A stretch of DNA of 45,088 bases. Source: Candidatus Hodarchaeota archaeon (GTDB lineage: Archaea; Asgardarchaeota; Lokiarchaeia; Sigyniarchaeales; SOKP01). Below the pieces are notes generated by a model. That model had not been told where the DNA came from. It did not search any database and saw only the letters and a list, made by a program, of their open reading frames with translations. The stretch is from positions 1 to 45,088 of the forward strand of contig JBHLJY010000019.1 of NCBI GenBank assembly GCA_048887225.1, written 5' to 3'. This document shows, piece by piece, positions 10,413 through 20,876 of the stretch. The first letter of the stretch is position 1. The number at the start of each line of letters is the position of its first letter. A program made the position numbers and the translations under genes.

Positions 10413-11546
10413 CTAAACCTCCATAAATTCTAAAAATTTATTAAAGATCTGTTCTTTCATATCTAATGCGCCTGGTGATGCTTCAGGGTTAAATGCTACT
10501 GAAAATATTGGTTTGCTTTCATGAATTAGTCCTTCGTTTGTATTATCATCTTTATCATGAAAGAATTGTCTAAAACCATTTCCCCTCACATTTTTAAGGC
10601 AAAAAGCATGATTCTGAAATGTAATATAACAATGCCCCGTGGCACTTTCCACGGTGGTTCTACCACCTCTATGTTCCGAGGTCATTTTATAGCATTCCGA
10701 ACCATTCGCAATCCCCATTAACATATTCCCAAGACCAATTCCCATAGATGGAATACTATTTTTTATTAAATTTTTAACAGTATCAATAGTATCTTTACAT
10801 AAAATTGGATTTCCGGGACCATTTGGTATCAAAACACCATTAGGCTTCAATTCAATAATCTTATTATAAGAATAATTGTAAGGAACAATTGTTACTTCCA
10901 GGTTTTTGGACAATAAGGTTCTCAGAATATTGTTTTTAATACCTAAATCTATAATTACAACAGAACCTTTTGGATCCTTGAGCTTTATTTTTTTAGCAAC
11001 CTTAATAGATACTGTATCTACAAGATTTTTGTTTATCGGATCTTCATTATTTTGAACCTCTGCTTTTAATGCATCTATATCTGGTTTCTGTCCGGCTTCT
11101 AATACTTGAATTAAGCCTAATCTACTACCACTTAGAACAAACTCTTGAGTTATCCTTCTAGTATCAATCCATTGGATACCGGGAATATTTTCTTCAATTA
11201 ACCAATCTTCAAGAGTTCTGACACTTTCATAATGACTTGGTTCCTCACAATATTCATTTACAATTAAACCCCTTATTTTTATAGAATTTGATTCAAACTG
11301 TTTGAGGATTCCAAATTCATCCTTTAACTTATCTGGAACTCCATAGTTTCCAATTGAAGGATATGTAAAGAGTACAATTTGGTCTTTATAAGTTGAATCT
11401 GTGAGAACCTCTACATATCCAGATCCAGGGACAGTCGAAAAAGTTATTTCACCAGAAACTTTTTTAACAGCACCAAAACCAATTCCTTCAAAAAAACTTC
11501 CATCTTGAAACATTAAAATAGCTGGTTTTTCAGTTTTATAAATCAT
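10413..11546 (-). CDS. carA: Carbamoyl-phosphate synthase small-subunit homologue lacking the catalytic Cys and His
   Basis: Colinear with the CarA at 14985-16127, but GIGLG replaces GICLG and FNPEA replaces FHPEA. Confidence 0.92.
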   Translation of the reverse strand: MIYKTEKPAILMFQDGSFFEGIGFGAVKKVSGEITFSTVPGSGYVEVLTDSTYKDQIVLFTYPSIGNYGVPDKLKDEFGILKQFESNSIKIRGLIVNEYCEEPSHYESVRTLEDWLIEENIPGIQWIDTRRITQEFVLSGSRLGLIQVLEAGQKPDIDALKAEVQNNEDPINKNLVDTVSIKVAKKIKLKDPKGSVVIIDLGIKNNILRTLLSKNLEVTIVPYNYSYNKIIELKPNGVLIPNGPGNPILCKDTIDTVKNLIKNSIPSMGIGLGNMLMGIANGSECYKMTSEHRGGRTTVESATGHCYITFQNHAFCLKNVRGNGFRQFFHDKDDNTNEGLIHESKPIFSVAFNPEASPGALDMKEQIFNKFLEFMEV

Positions 11547-11665
11547 CGTTAGAATTTAATCGGTAATATTTTGCTATTATAATATAATATAACTAATTAA
11601 ATTATAATATACTGTATAATAACCATTCAATAAGGTTTAAACTTAAAGAATAAGTATTTATATTT

Positions 11666-14600
11666 TTACCAATAAACTTCTTTTAAAGTACTATGATATT
11701 CATGAAGCGATTTGATTTGAATTTCTTTTCTTCTTACTTTTTCGATCGCACTAATTAACGCTTCAGCAAGCTCCAAGTTGATAATAACAGGAATATTAAA
11801 ATCTACCGCCATCCTTCTGATTTTATACTCATCTTCCATAATCGTTCTAAATTTTTCTTCAATAGTAGTTGGTAAAGGAATGTTTATTACTAAATCAATT
11901 GCGCCATTCTGTAGACATCCCATAATATTAGGTTCCATCCCATATTCATGAATTTTATACAGTCTAACCGCATAAATTCCACTATTTTTTAACGCTAAAG
12001 CAGTATCTTCAGTTGCAAAAATCGTAAATCCTAAATTGTTTAATTTTTTTGCTAATGGAATCACTCGTTTTTTTAATTCTTCCCCACCTACAGAAATTAA
12101 AACATTACCTCCACGGATGGGGATATTTGTTTCTGCTGCTTCAAGCGATTTTATTAAAGCATCTGAAAAATCTTCTCCAATACATGCTACTTCTCCTGTT
12201 GAGGCCATTTCTACTCCTAAAACTGGATCTGCTTTATCAAGACGCATAAAAGAAAACATTGGTGCTTTAATTGAGACGAATTTTCCATAGGGAAGCTCCA
12301 TTAACCGATGAGGAATATTGCCTCCAGTAAAAACCTCGGCAGCAAGTCTCATTAGATTAATGCCTCTTGTTTTTGAAACATAAGGCATACTTCGGCTTGA
12401 TCTAAGATTGCATTCTATGACATAAACCTCTTCATCTTTGACTAAATATTGAACATTGAAAGGTCCTCTGATCTTTAATGCTAAAGCAATTTCTCTAGTG
12501 TTTCTCTCGATTGTTTTAATAACTCTATCCGAAATCGTTTGAGGTGGAATTGACATCGTTGCGTCTCCAGAGTGTACACCAGCATTTTCTATATGCTCTA
12601 CTATTGCTCCAATAAAGACATTTACCCTATCACTCACTCCGTCAGCCTCAACTTCTCTTGCTCCAGTAAAAAATTTAGAAATTACAACTGGATATTCCTG
12701 AGAAACAGCAGCAGCAAGATCAAGAGTATCTTTTAGCGTTTTTTCATCGTAAGAAACTCTCATAGCTGCTCCACTTAAAACATAAGAAGGGCGTACTAAT
12801 ACAGGATATCCCACCTCTTTTGCGAATTTTAATGCTTCGTCTTTACTTGTTAGCATACTCCATTGAGGTTGCTTAATTTTTAATTGATCTAATAGACTAC
12901 TAAATTTCGAACGATCTTCTGCCATATCTATGCGACTTCCATGAGTTCCAAGTATATTTAGATTTACTTTTCTAAAAAACTCTGAATATTTGGAGAACTT
13001 AGAAGCAAGATTTTGAGCTATTTGACCTCCTACAGAAACAACGATACCATCTGCTTTTTCGAGCTCACAAATATCTAACACTCTTTCTCCAGATAATTCT
13101 TCAAAGTATAATTTATCAGATGTATCGTAATCTGTAGAAACAGTTTCGGGATTATAATTAATCATGATTGCTTGGTCAACGCCTAATTTTTTTAATCCCC
13201 AAAGACAATTAACGGAGCCCCAATCAAATTCTACAGAAGCTCCAATACGATAAGTTCCTGAGCCTAAAACAACAATTTTTTTTAAATTTTCCTTATATTC
13301 TTGCTCAAAATCTATATCATGCTCAGAAGCAGCATAAGTCAGATATAGATAATTTGTTACAGCTGGCCATTCAGCAGCTAAAGTGTCAATTCTTTTTACA
13401 TATGGATGAATTTGATATTTCCTTCTTAAAATTCTTCTTATTGTAATTAAATCAATCCCCATAATTTTCGCAATTTGACCATCAGAAAAGCCAAACCGCT
13501 TTGCTCGTTTAAACCAATAAATCTTATCAGAATCACTTACTTCTAAAAAGTTTAAATTTTCTAATTGGTTCTCGATATCTACGACATTCTTAATTTTACA
13601 TAAGAACCATTTGTCTACACGCGATAATTTATAAATTTGTTCGATTGAAATTCCTCTTTTTATAGCTTCAACTATGCGAAAGACTCTTAAATCTGTTGGA
13701 TTATTTAATGCAAATTTTAATTCATTAATATCTTCAATCGATTCAATTTTGTTACATACCAATCCTTTCATGCCAATATCTAACATTCTTATTGCTTTTT
13801 GTATTACTTCCTCGAAAGTTCTACCAATTGCCATTACTTCACCAACTGATTTCATTTGGGAGCCTATTCTTCGATCAACCCGTTGGAATTTAATTAAATC
13901 CCATCGCGGTATTTTTAATACGAGATAATCGAGCGCTGGCTCAAAACAAGCGGTTGTTATACTAGTTATTTTATTTTTTAATTCTGGTAAGGTATAACCT
14001 ATTGCTAATTTTGCTGCAATATAAGCCAAAGGATATCCAGTAGCTTTTGAAGCCAATGCTGAAGATCTTGAAAGCCGAGCATTTACCTCAATTACACGAA
14101 ATTCTTTTGAAAAAGGATCAAGTCCATATTGAATATTACATTCTCCAATAATTCCAAGATTTCGAATAACGCGGATTGACGCGGAACGAAGCATTTGATA
14201 TTCTTCATTTGTAAGAGTCTGTGAAGGGGCAACTACAATGCTTTCTCCCGTATGGATCCCGACCGGATCAAAGTTTTCCATGTTACAGTTAATAAAACAA
14301 TTGTCCTCAACATCCCTTACAACTTCATATTCGATCTCCTTCCAGCCCCATATACTTTCTTCTATTAAAATTTGATTAATTCTAGATTGCGCTAGACCCT
14401 TTCTTGCCATTCTTTCAAATTCTTTCATATTATTAGCTATACCAGAACCCCTTCCACCTAAAGTATACGCTACTCTTATCATTAAAGGAAATCCGAGCTC
14501 TTTAGCAACATTAATAGCATCTTGATATGTATTTACTGCTTTACTTCTACACACCTTTACATCCGATTTTTCCATCGCTTTTACGAATAAATCGCGATCT

Positions 14601-14980
14601 TCTGTTGCTTCGATTGCTTCGATTGGGGTACCAAGTACTCTGATATTATATTTATCCAAAATTCCTACTTCATGTAATTCAACACCCACATTTAATGCAG
14701 TTTGTCCACCAAAGGCTAAAAAAATCCCATCAGGTCGTTCTTTTTTTATAACTTCCTCAACATAATCTATATTAAGAGGTAATAGATAGACTCTATCCGA
14801 GAGTTGTGGATCAGTTTGGATTGTGGCAATATTAGGATTAATCAAGACTGTTTCTATGCTTTCTTCTTTTAATGCCTTTAGCACTTGAGAACCAGAATAA
14901 TCAAATTCTCCTGCTTGCCCTATCCTAATTCCACCTGATCCTAGGACCAATGCTTTTTTAATGGTTTTGTCAATAGGCAT
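11666..14980 (-). CDS. carB: Carbamoyl-phosphate synthase large subunit, copy 1
   Basis: All CarB motifs are present, including IDTLAAEWPAVTNYLYLTY and YRIGASVEFDW. Confidence 0.97.
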   Translation of the reverse strand: MPIDKTIKKALVLGSGGIRIGQAGEFDYSGSQVLKALKEESIETVLINPNIATIQTDPQLSDRVYLLPLNIDYVEEVIKKERPDGIFLAFGGQTALNVGVELHEVGILDKYNIRVLGTPIEAIEATEDRDLFVKAMEKSDVKVCRSKAVNTYQDAINVAKELGFPLMIRVAYTLGGRGSGIANNMKEFERMARKGLAQSRINQILIEESIWGWKEIEYEVVRDVEDNCFINCNMENFDPVGIHTGESIVVAPSQTLTNEEYQMLRSASIRVIRNLGIIGECNIQYGLDPFSKEFRVIEVNARLSRSSALASKATGYPLAYIAAKLAIGYTLPELKNKITSITTACFEPALDYLVLKIPRWDLIKFQRVDRRIGSQMKSVGEVMAIGRTFEEVIQKAIRMLDIGMKGLVCNKIESIEDINELKFALNNPTDLRVFRIVEAIKRGISIEQIYKLSRVDKWFLCKIKNVVDIENQLENLNFLEVSDSDKIYWFKRAKRFGFSDGQIAKIMGIDLITIRRILRRKYQIHPYVKRIDTLAAEWPAVTNYLYLTYAASEHDIDFEQEYKENLKKIVVLGSGTYRIGASVEFDWGSVNCLWGLKKLGVDQAIMINYNPETVSTDYDTSDKLYFEELSGERVLDICELEKADGIVVSVGGQIAQNLASKFSKYSEFFRKVNLNILGTHGSRIDMAEDRSKFSSLLDQLKIKQPQWSMLTSKDEALKFAKEVGYPVLVRPSYVLSGAAMRVSYDEKTLKDTLDLAAAVSQEYPVVISKFFTGAREVEADGVSDRVNVFIGAIVEHIENAGVHSGDATMSIPPQTISDRVIKTIERNTREIALALKIRGPFNVQYLVKDEEVYVIECNLRSSRSMPYVSKTRGINLMRLAAEVFTGGNIPHRLMELPYGKFVSIKAPMFSFMRLDKADPVLGVEMASTGEVACIGEDFSDALIKSLEAAETNIPIRGGNVLISVGGEELKKRVIPLAKKLNNLGFTIFATEDTALALKNSGIYAVRLYKIHEYGMEPNIMGCLQNGAIDLVINIPLPTTIEEKFRTIMEDEYKIRRMAVDFNIPVIINLELAEALISAIEKVRRKEIQIKSLHEYHSTLKEVYW

Positions 14981-14984
14981 ATTT

Positions 14985-16127
14985 TCATAATTTCATTAGT
15001 TCTATAAATTTATCAAATAGATAGAGGCTATCCCAAGGACCTGGACATGCTTCAGGATGGAATTGAACTGCGAATATTGGTTTTGTATCATGAACAATTC
15101 CTTCATTTGTATCATCATCAATATTTTTCAAAAATTCCTTAAATCCTCCTTTCTCAAAGTCTTTCACGCAAAATCCGTGGTTTTGAGTGGTTATATAACA
15201 TTTTTGAGTATCCAAATGAATTACTGTTTTATTGCCCCCTCTATGACCATATTTTAATTTATATGAGGAACCTCCAGCAGCTAATCCAATTATTTGATTT
15301 CCTAAACATATTCCAAACGTTGGAATATTATTTTTAATTAAATCTTTGCAAACTTCAATGACTTCCTTGTAAACGGCAGGATCTCCTGGACCATTGGAGA
15401 TAAAAACGCCGTCTGGATTAAATGACATAATCTGATCGTAATTATAATGATAAGGGACAATAATCGTTTCTAATCCTCTGTGAACAAAATTTCTCAAGAT
15501 ATTAAGTTTTACGCCCATATCAACTATAACAATTTTTCCAACTGGACTTGGTGGCACATAGTTTATTACTTCTTTCGTAGATACTTCGCTTGAAAGATGT
15601 CTTATATTTGGATCCTCGGCTTTCTTGACAATTTCCTTTAATTCCTCAATATTTGGTTTTTCTTCAGATTCATAGACGGCCAATAGACCAACTTGAACAC
15701 CCTCTTCTCTTAAAATCTTAGTGATTGCACGTGTATCAATCCATTCTATCCCGGGCACATTTTGCTCTATAAGAAATTCATCGAGAGTCTTGATACTTTC
15801 ATAATGGCTTGGTTCTCTACAACATTCATTGACAACATACCCACTTACTTTAACCGAATCAGATTCAAAATATTTTGTTATTCCGAATTCATCCTTTTCC
15901 CAGGGAGGAACACCATAATTCCCGACAAGTGGATGAGTCATTACCACGATCTGACCTTGATATGAAGGATCAGTTAAAGTTTCATTGTACCCAGCACCTG
16001 TTATTGTTGTAAAAACGAGCTCCCCTGTAGCTATTTTTGTCGCTCCAAAGCCGATGCCTTGAACGTATCTCCCATCTTGTAACATTAATACAGCGGGTTT
16101 TTCGTTCTTATATAACATGCCAAACAA
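14985..16127 (-). CDS. carA: Carbamoyl-phosphate synthase small (glutaminase) subunit, intact
   Basis: LTDPSY, SNGPGDP, GICLGNQ, GHRGGN, QNHGF and QFHPEA. Confidence 0.97.
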   Translation of the reverse strand: MFGMLYKNEKPAVLMLQDGRYVQGIGFGATKIATGELVFTTITGAGYNETLTDPSYQGQIVVMTHPLVGNYGVPPWEKDEFGITKYFESDSVKVSGYVVNECCREPSHYESIKTLDEFLIEQNVPGIEWIDTRAITKILREEGVQVGLLAVYESEEKPNIEELKEIVKKAEDPNIRHLSSEVSTKEVINYVPPSPVGKIVIVDMGVKLNILRNFVHRGLETIIVPYHYNYDQIMSFNPDGVFISNGPGDPAVYKEVIEVCKDLIKNNIPTFGICLGNQIIGLAAGGSSYKLKYGHRGGNKTVIHLDTQKCYITTQNHGFCVKDFEKGGFKEFLKNIDDDTNEGIVHDTKPIFAVQFHPEACPGPWDSLYLFDKFIELMKL

Positions 16128-16320
16128 CGAAAATTTTTTCTCCTATCTCTTTAAAACATAGATCGCTAATAATTTTTTCTAATCTTATTTATTAACGACT
16201 TAAATTTCATCGTTGACTAAAAAAATATAATTAATGAAAATTCTTTTCAATTCTATTGAAAAAACAAAGAATATTTCGATTATATATGCAAAAAAGAGGA
16301 TTTATTGAATTAAAAATATG

Positions 16321-16497
16321 TTAATCATCAATATAATCAATATATTCATCATTTTCATCCTCATCAAAGGGTTCCGCATCTAAGTAAATTTCAGCTTCAC
16401 TCACACAATCTTCGCAATAAGGACGTCCTTCTACATAAGTGATTTCAGATTTATGTAATTCTTCACCACAATAGTCGCATTTAATATATTCTGGCAT
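16321..16497 (-). CDS. 58-aa zinc-ribbon protein with an acidic tail (below the ORF-track cutoff)
   Basis: Hand translation: MPEYIKCDYCGEELHKSEITYVEGRPYCEDCVSEAEIYLDAEPFDEDENDEYIDYIDD*. Pattern CxxC-x17-CxxC. Starts 16 bp after the pyrG stop on the same strand. Confidence 0.85.
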   Translation of the reverse strand: MPEYIKCDYCGEELHKSEITYVEGRPYCEDCVSEAEIYLDAEPFDEDENDEYIDYIDD

Positions 16498-16513
16498 ATA
16501 AAATGACCTAAAC

Positions 16514-18199
16514 TCATTTTTTGTTTTTATAGCCTATACATGCTTTAATGAAGGCAGAGTAGATTTTTGAAGGGTTGTATGGTCTTGATTTAAATTCGGG
16601 ATGAAATTGTGTGCCCACCATCCAATGATCCTCTCGATTCAATTCTATACTATTAATTATTTGCCCGGTTTCGTCTCGACTAGATATTTTTATGCCTTTT
16701 TCCTTAGCCTCATCAGTAATGTATTTTTCTTGAATATGGTATCTGTGTCGGAACCTTTCAACGATTTCTTTTTGTTTATATGCGTTATATACACGTGTGT
16801 TTTTATCTATAATAATTTTAAGACCACCTAACCTCATAGTTCCGCCTTTCTCTGAAACAGATTTTTGAGTTTCCAATAGGTCAATTACTGGATGTGTAGT
16901 CTTTGGATCGATTTCGGTTGAATTGGCACCTTTTAATCCAAGATATTTTCTACAAAATGCAATAAAAAAAAGTTGAGCACCAAAACAAATACCTAAGAAA
17001 GGGATTTTATTCTCCATGGTAAATTCTGCTGACTTTATCATACCCTCAACTGCTCGTTCTCCAAATCCAGGTGTTAAGAGAACTCCATCGCAATCTTTTA
17101 ATTCTTCCTCAATATTAGTATCTTCGGTAATGTTAATCATTTTGAGTTCGGTTTTATAACCAAGATGCGCTGCAGCATGCTCTAACGCGTCATTAATAGA
17201 AATATAGGAATCAGAGATGTTAAAATATTTCCCGGGCATGCCAATTCTTACAATTTTTTTAGCACTTTTAAATAATTCTACTAATTTTACCCATTCAGAA
17301 TAATTAGTTATTTCATTATCTCCTGTAACTAGTTTCGCTTTCAAATCTAGCAACTGGCATAATGAATCTCCTAATTGCTGATCTTCAAATAAAAGGGGTA
17401 TCTCATACACCGTTTCAATATCTGGGTTTGAAATAACTGCTTCGGGACGAACATTAGAGAATAGTGAGATTTTCTTTCTAACATCTTCGTTCAAAGATTT
17501 TTCGCTTCGGCAAATAATGATATCTGGCTGCAATCCTGCACTTTGGAGCATTTTTACTGAGTGTTGAGTAGGTTTAGACTTTTGTTGACCTACCGCTTTT
17601 GAGTAAGGAACTAAAGTTACATGGACAAAAGCAGTGTGATATTTTGGTAATTCCAGTTTTAGCTGTCTAAACGCCTCTAAAAAGATACTAGATTCTAAAT
17701 CGCCAACAGTTCCTCCACATTCTATAACAATTACATCAAGATCTTCATTTTCAGCGATTTCCATTAACCTTTCTTTAATTATGTCTGTTACATGAGGTAT
17801 TAGTTGAACAGTCCTTCCAAGGAATTTCCCTTTCCTCTCACTTAAAATTGTTGAGAGATAAATCTGCCCGGACGTAATATTATGAGAAGGATGTATCTCA
17901 ATTCCAAGGAACCTCTCATAAGTTCCAAAATCTTGGTCAATTTCACTTATTTTGTATGTGCGTTCTTCAGATTCGATAACAGGCTTGAAATCCCAGACTT
18001 TCTCGGTTATAAAGCATTCACCGTGTTCAATTGGATTAAGAGTTCCTGGATCTACATTTAAATATGGATCTATCTTAACTACAGAGATTTTAAATCCTCG
18101 AAATTGAAGGATTTTCCCCAAACTGGCGCTTGCAACCCCTTTGCCTATGCCAGACATAACGCCGCCTGTGACAAACACAAATTTGCAATTATTAGTCAT
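16514..18199 (-). CDS. pyrG: CTP synthase
   Basis: GGVMSGIGKG, KIDPYLNVDPGT, GGTVGDLES, KPTQHSV, GICFG, RFRHRY and QFHPEF. Confidence 0.97.
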   Translation of the reverse strand: MTNNCKFVFVTGGVMSGIGKGVASASLGKILQFRGFKISVVKIDPYLNVDPGTLNPIEHGECFITEKVWDFKPVIESEERTYKISEIDQDFGTYERFLGIEIHPSHNITSGQIYLSTILSERKGKFLGRTVQLIPHVTDIIKERLMEIAENEDLDVIVIECGGTVGDLESSIFLEAFRQLKLELPKYHTAFVHVTLVPYSKAVGQQKSKPTQHSVKMLQSAGLQPDIIICRSEKSLNEDVRKKISLFSNVRPEAVISNPDIETVYEIPLLFEDQQLGDSLCQLLDLKAKLVTGDNEITNYSEWVKLVELFKSAKKIVRIGMPGKYFNISDSYISINDALEHAAAHLGYKTELKMINITEDTNIEEELKDCDGVLLTPGFGERAVEGMIKSAEFTMENKIPFLGICFGAQLFFIAFCRKYLGLKGANSTEIDPKTTHPVIDLLETQKSVSEKGGTMRLGGLKIIIDKNTRVYNAYKQKEIVERFRHRYHIQEKYITDEAKEKGIKISSRDETGQIINSIELNREDHWMVGTQFHPEFKSRPYNPSKIYSAFIKACIGYKNKK

Positions 18200-18371
18200 A
18201 TGGATTACTTGATAATCAGGGAAATAATTAATAACTTTTCTTAAAGATATCTTTTCCTTTGAATAATATTTATTATAAATATATATATTTTTAATAATAT
18301 TTAGTCATGCGTTTTATTCCTTAGTTAAGATGATTTAATCAATATAATTGATTTGGAATAGAACATTAGAA

Positions 18372-19892
18372 TTAAATTATAAAAAGTCTTTTTGAAGAAA
18401 AATTAGGTTCTGAAGTAATATTAAGCCCTAATCTTCTTAGACCGGCTTCATCCCCCGGTGTAGGTATATGGGTCGAATGCATTTCGCAACTATTGAGTTC
18501 CTTAAGTTTTTCCATTGCAACTTTCGCTGAGGGATTGAAATCAGCGCTAATACTGAGGGCTATAAGTGTTTCTTCCAGATTTAGGCTCAATGGTTTGTGG
18601 TTGAAAATCTCCGATTTCAAATTACTTATCGAATTTAGTATACTAGGGGATAAAAGATGAATATTTTCAGGGATACTAGCTAATTCTTTGATAGCATTTA
18701 AGATCAATGCGGAGGCGGCATGCATTAATGGAGAGTTATTCCCAGTTACAATAGTTCCGTTTTTTAATTCTAATGCGGCTCCGGCATATACCCCTTCATT
18801 TCCTTTACCTTTTTCTTTAGCAATTACAGAAGCTTGGCGGGCATGTTTCACTACTCTTCTATCAATTGGGGTAAGGTTTAATTCTTTCATCAGCAGTTCT
18901 GCTCTCTCCACAGTCTTTTTATCTGCAAGACCCATAGCATATTCACAGCTGTATCGAAAGTATCTCCGAATCATCTCTTGTTTTGCTGCTTGTTGCACCA
19001 AATCATCATCAACTATGGCAAAACCCGCCATGTTTACACCCATGTCCGTTGGAGATTTATATACTAACTTGGTGCCCATGATCCTTTGCATAATCTTCTT
19101 AACAACTGGAAAAATCTCCACATCTCGATTATAGTTTATTGCTGTAATATTGTAATTTTCGAGATGAAAGGGATCTACTTGAGTGAAATCGTTAATATCA
19201 GCAGTCGCAGATTCATATGCCATATTTACAGGATGTTTTAAGGGTATACTCCAAATAGGGAATGTTTCAAATTTAGCATAACCTGCCTCTAGCCCCCTTT
19301 TATGCTCATGATATATTTGAGAAAGGCAGGTAGCCAATTTTCCGCTACCCGGTCCAGGTGCAGTGACAATTATAATGGGTTTGGAGGTTTCGATATATTG
19401 ATTCGCACCGTAGCCTTCTTCACTTACAATTAAATCAATATTGGTCGGATAACCTTTGATTGAATGATGTGTAAATACCTTTATATCTCGTCGTTCAAGC
19501 TTATTCATAAATTGGTTTACTACTTGTTGTCCTGAATAACGTGTCACTACCAATGCTCGTACATTAATTTCAGCTTCACGAAGATCATCGATTAGTTTTA
19601 ATGCATCAGTGTCATAGGTTATTCCGAAATCCGCACGAATCTTCCTCCTTTCTATATCTCCTGAGAATATACAAACAATAACCTCAATTTTATCTTTAAG
19701 TCGCTTTAAAAGCCTGATTTTCACGTTAGGGTCGAAACCTGGAAGCACCCTTGAAGCGTGATAATCATATATAAGTTTTCCACCGAATTCAAGATATAAT
19801 TTATTTCCAAATTGAGCTGCGCGGTCCAATATGCGCTTAGATTGTTCACTTAGATATTTCTCGTTATCAAAACCGACTTTATCACTAGTCAT
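18372..19892 (-). CDS. DUF1846 family protein
   Basis: KLYLEFGGKL, DYHASRVLPGF, TAPGPGSGKLATCLSQ, GYAKFETFPIW and NYNRDVE. Confidence 0.88.
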   Translation of the reverse strand: MTSDKVGFDNEKYLSEQSKRILDRAAQFGNKLYLEFGGKLIYDYHASRVLPGFDPNVKIRLLKRLKDKIEVIVCIFSGDIERRKIRADFGITYDTDALKLIDDLREAEINVRALVVTRYSGQQVVNQFMNKLERRDIKVFTHHSIKGYPTNIDLIVSEEGYGANQYIETSKPIIIVTAPGPGSGKLATCLSQIYHEHKRGLEAGYAKFETFPIWSIPLKHPVNMAYESATADINDFTQVDPFHLENYNITAINYNRDVEIFPVVKKIMQRIMGTKLVYKSPTDMGVNMAGFAIVDDDLVQQAAKQEMIRRYFRYSCEYAMGLADKKTVERAELLMKELNLTPIDRRVVKHARQASVIAKEKGKGNEGVYAGAALELKNGTIVTGNNSPLMHAASALILNAIKELASIPENIHLLSPSILNSISNLKSEIFNHKPLSLNLEETLIALSISADFNPSAKVAMEKLKELNSCEMHSTHIPTPGDEAGLRRLGLNITSEPNFSSKRLFII

Positions 19893-20004
19893 TTGAGATT
19901 AATTTAAAGATATTTTTAAATAAAAATATTAAATATAAACCACTAAATAAAAGAATTTCGATGAGAAAAAAATTATTACATTAACAATATAATAATTAAA
20001 GTTT

Positions 20005-20808
20005 TTATTTCCCTTTGAATCTAGGTTCCCTTTTCGTTGTGAACGCTTTAACTGCTTCTCGAAAATCGTGGGTTTTAAAAGCAATTCGATTTGCTTCTTT
20101 TTCTAAATCTGATGTGTTAATAATAATTTCTCTAAAATAATCATGCATAGTTTTTTTCATAAGTTTTATGGCCATGCTCGGTCCTTTAGGAGGAATCAAT
20201 CTTTCTGCTATTTGATGTACATAAGGCATCAATTCCGCTGATGGTAAGACTTTATTAACTAACCCGAGTTTCTCAGCATCTTGAGCAGTAATTTTATTTC
20301 CAAAATATAAAATTTCTTTTGCTTTTTGAAATCCTAAATAAAGTGGAAGAATGAAAGACATAGCAGACTGGGCAATAATCCCACGTTTTACAAAATTAAA
20401 TTCTAACCACGCATCCGAAGACATATAAATTAAATCTGCTCCATATAAAGGCATGGTTATTCCTGCACCAATTGCTAGACCGTTGATGGCGGCAATAACT
20501 ATTTTTGAAAAGTCCCAAAATCTTATGGCTTCTCTCTTTTGTGGTTTATTCGTTTTTCCTTGAGATTGCGAAGTAAAAAATTTTAGATTAAAATAGCCCC
20601 CAGAGGAGAAGGCGTTAGCTTCGTTACAACCCGTCATTATAAGAACTCTAGCATTTTTATCATGCTCCATATCCTCAAGTGCAGCTTGAATTTCTATAAA
20701 AGTCTGTTTAGTAAAAGCATTCCTTCTTTCTGGTCTATTGAAGGTTATTGTGCATATCCCATTATCTTCTTTTTCATAAATTATATCTTCAAATTTTTCA
20801 ATATTCAT
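20005..20808 (-). CDS. Crotonase-fold enoyl-CoA hydratase/isomerase paralogue (candidate catalytic Glu replaced by Gln)
   Basis: NRPERRNA, IAAINGLAIGAG, AEKLGLVNKV and C-terminal REPRFKGK. Confidence 0.9.
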   Translation of the reverse strand: MNIEKFEDIIYEKEDNGICTITFNRPERRNAFTKQTFIEIQAALEDMEHDKNARVLIMTGCNEANAFSSGGYFNLKFFTSQSQGKTNKPQKREAIRFWDFSKIVIAAINGLAIGAGITMPLYGADLIYMSSDAWLEFNFVKRGIIAQSAMSFILPLYLGFQKAKEILYFGNKITAQDAEKLGLVNKVLPSAELMPYVHQIAERLIPPKGPSMAIKLMKKTMHDYFREIIINTSDLEKEANRIAFKTHDFREAVKAFTTKREPRFKGK

Positions 20809-20876
20809 TATCTCTATCTTGGAACCAATCGAAAAATAAAAAAATATTATGTTTTAAAAACTTGAAGAGAATAGAA

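Noticed and set aside
7096-16127. carAB duplication as an assembly artefact
   Set aside because: The copies differ extensively at both DNA and protein level.
16321-16497. lysW/argW call
   Set aside because: It lacks the C-terminal EDWGE needed for carrier function, and no lysX/argX is nearby.
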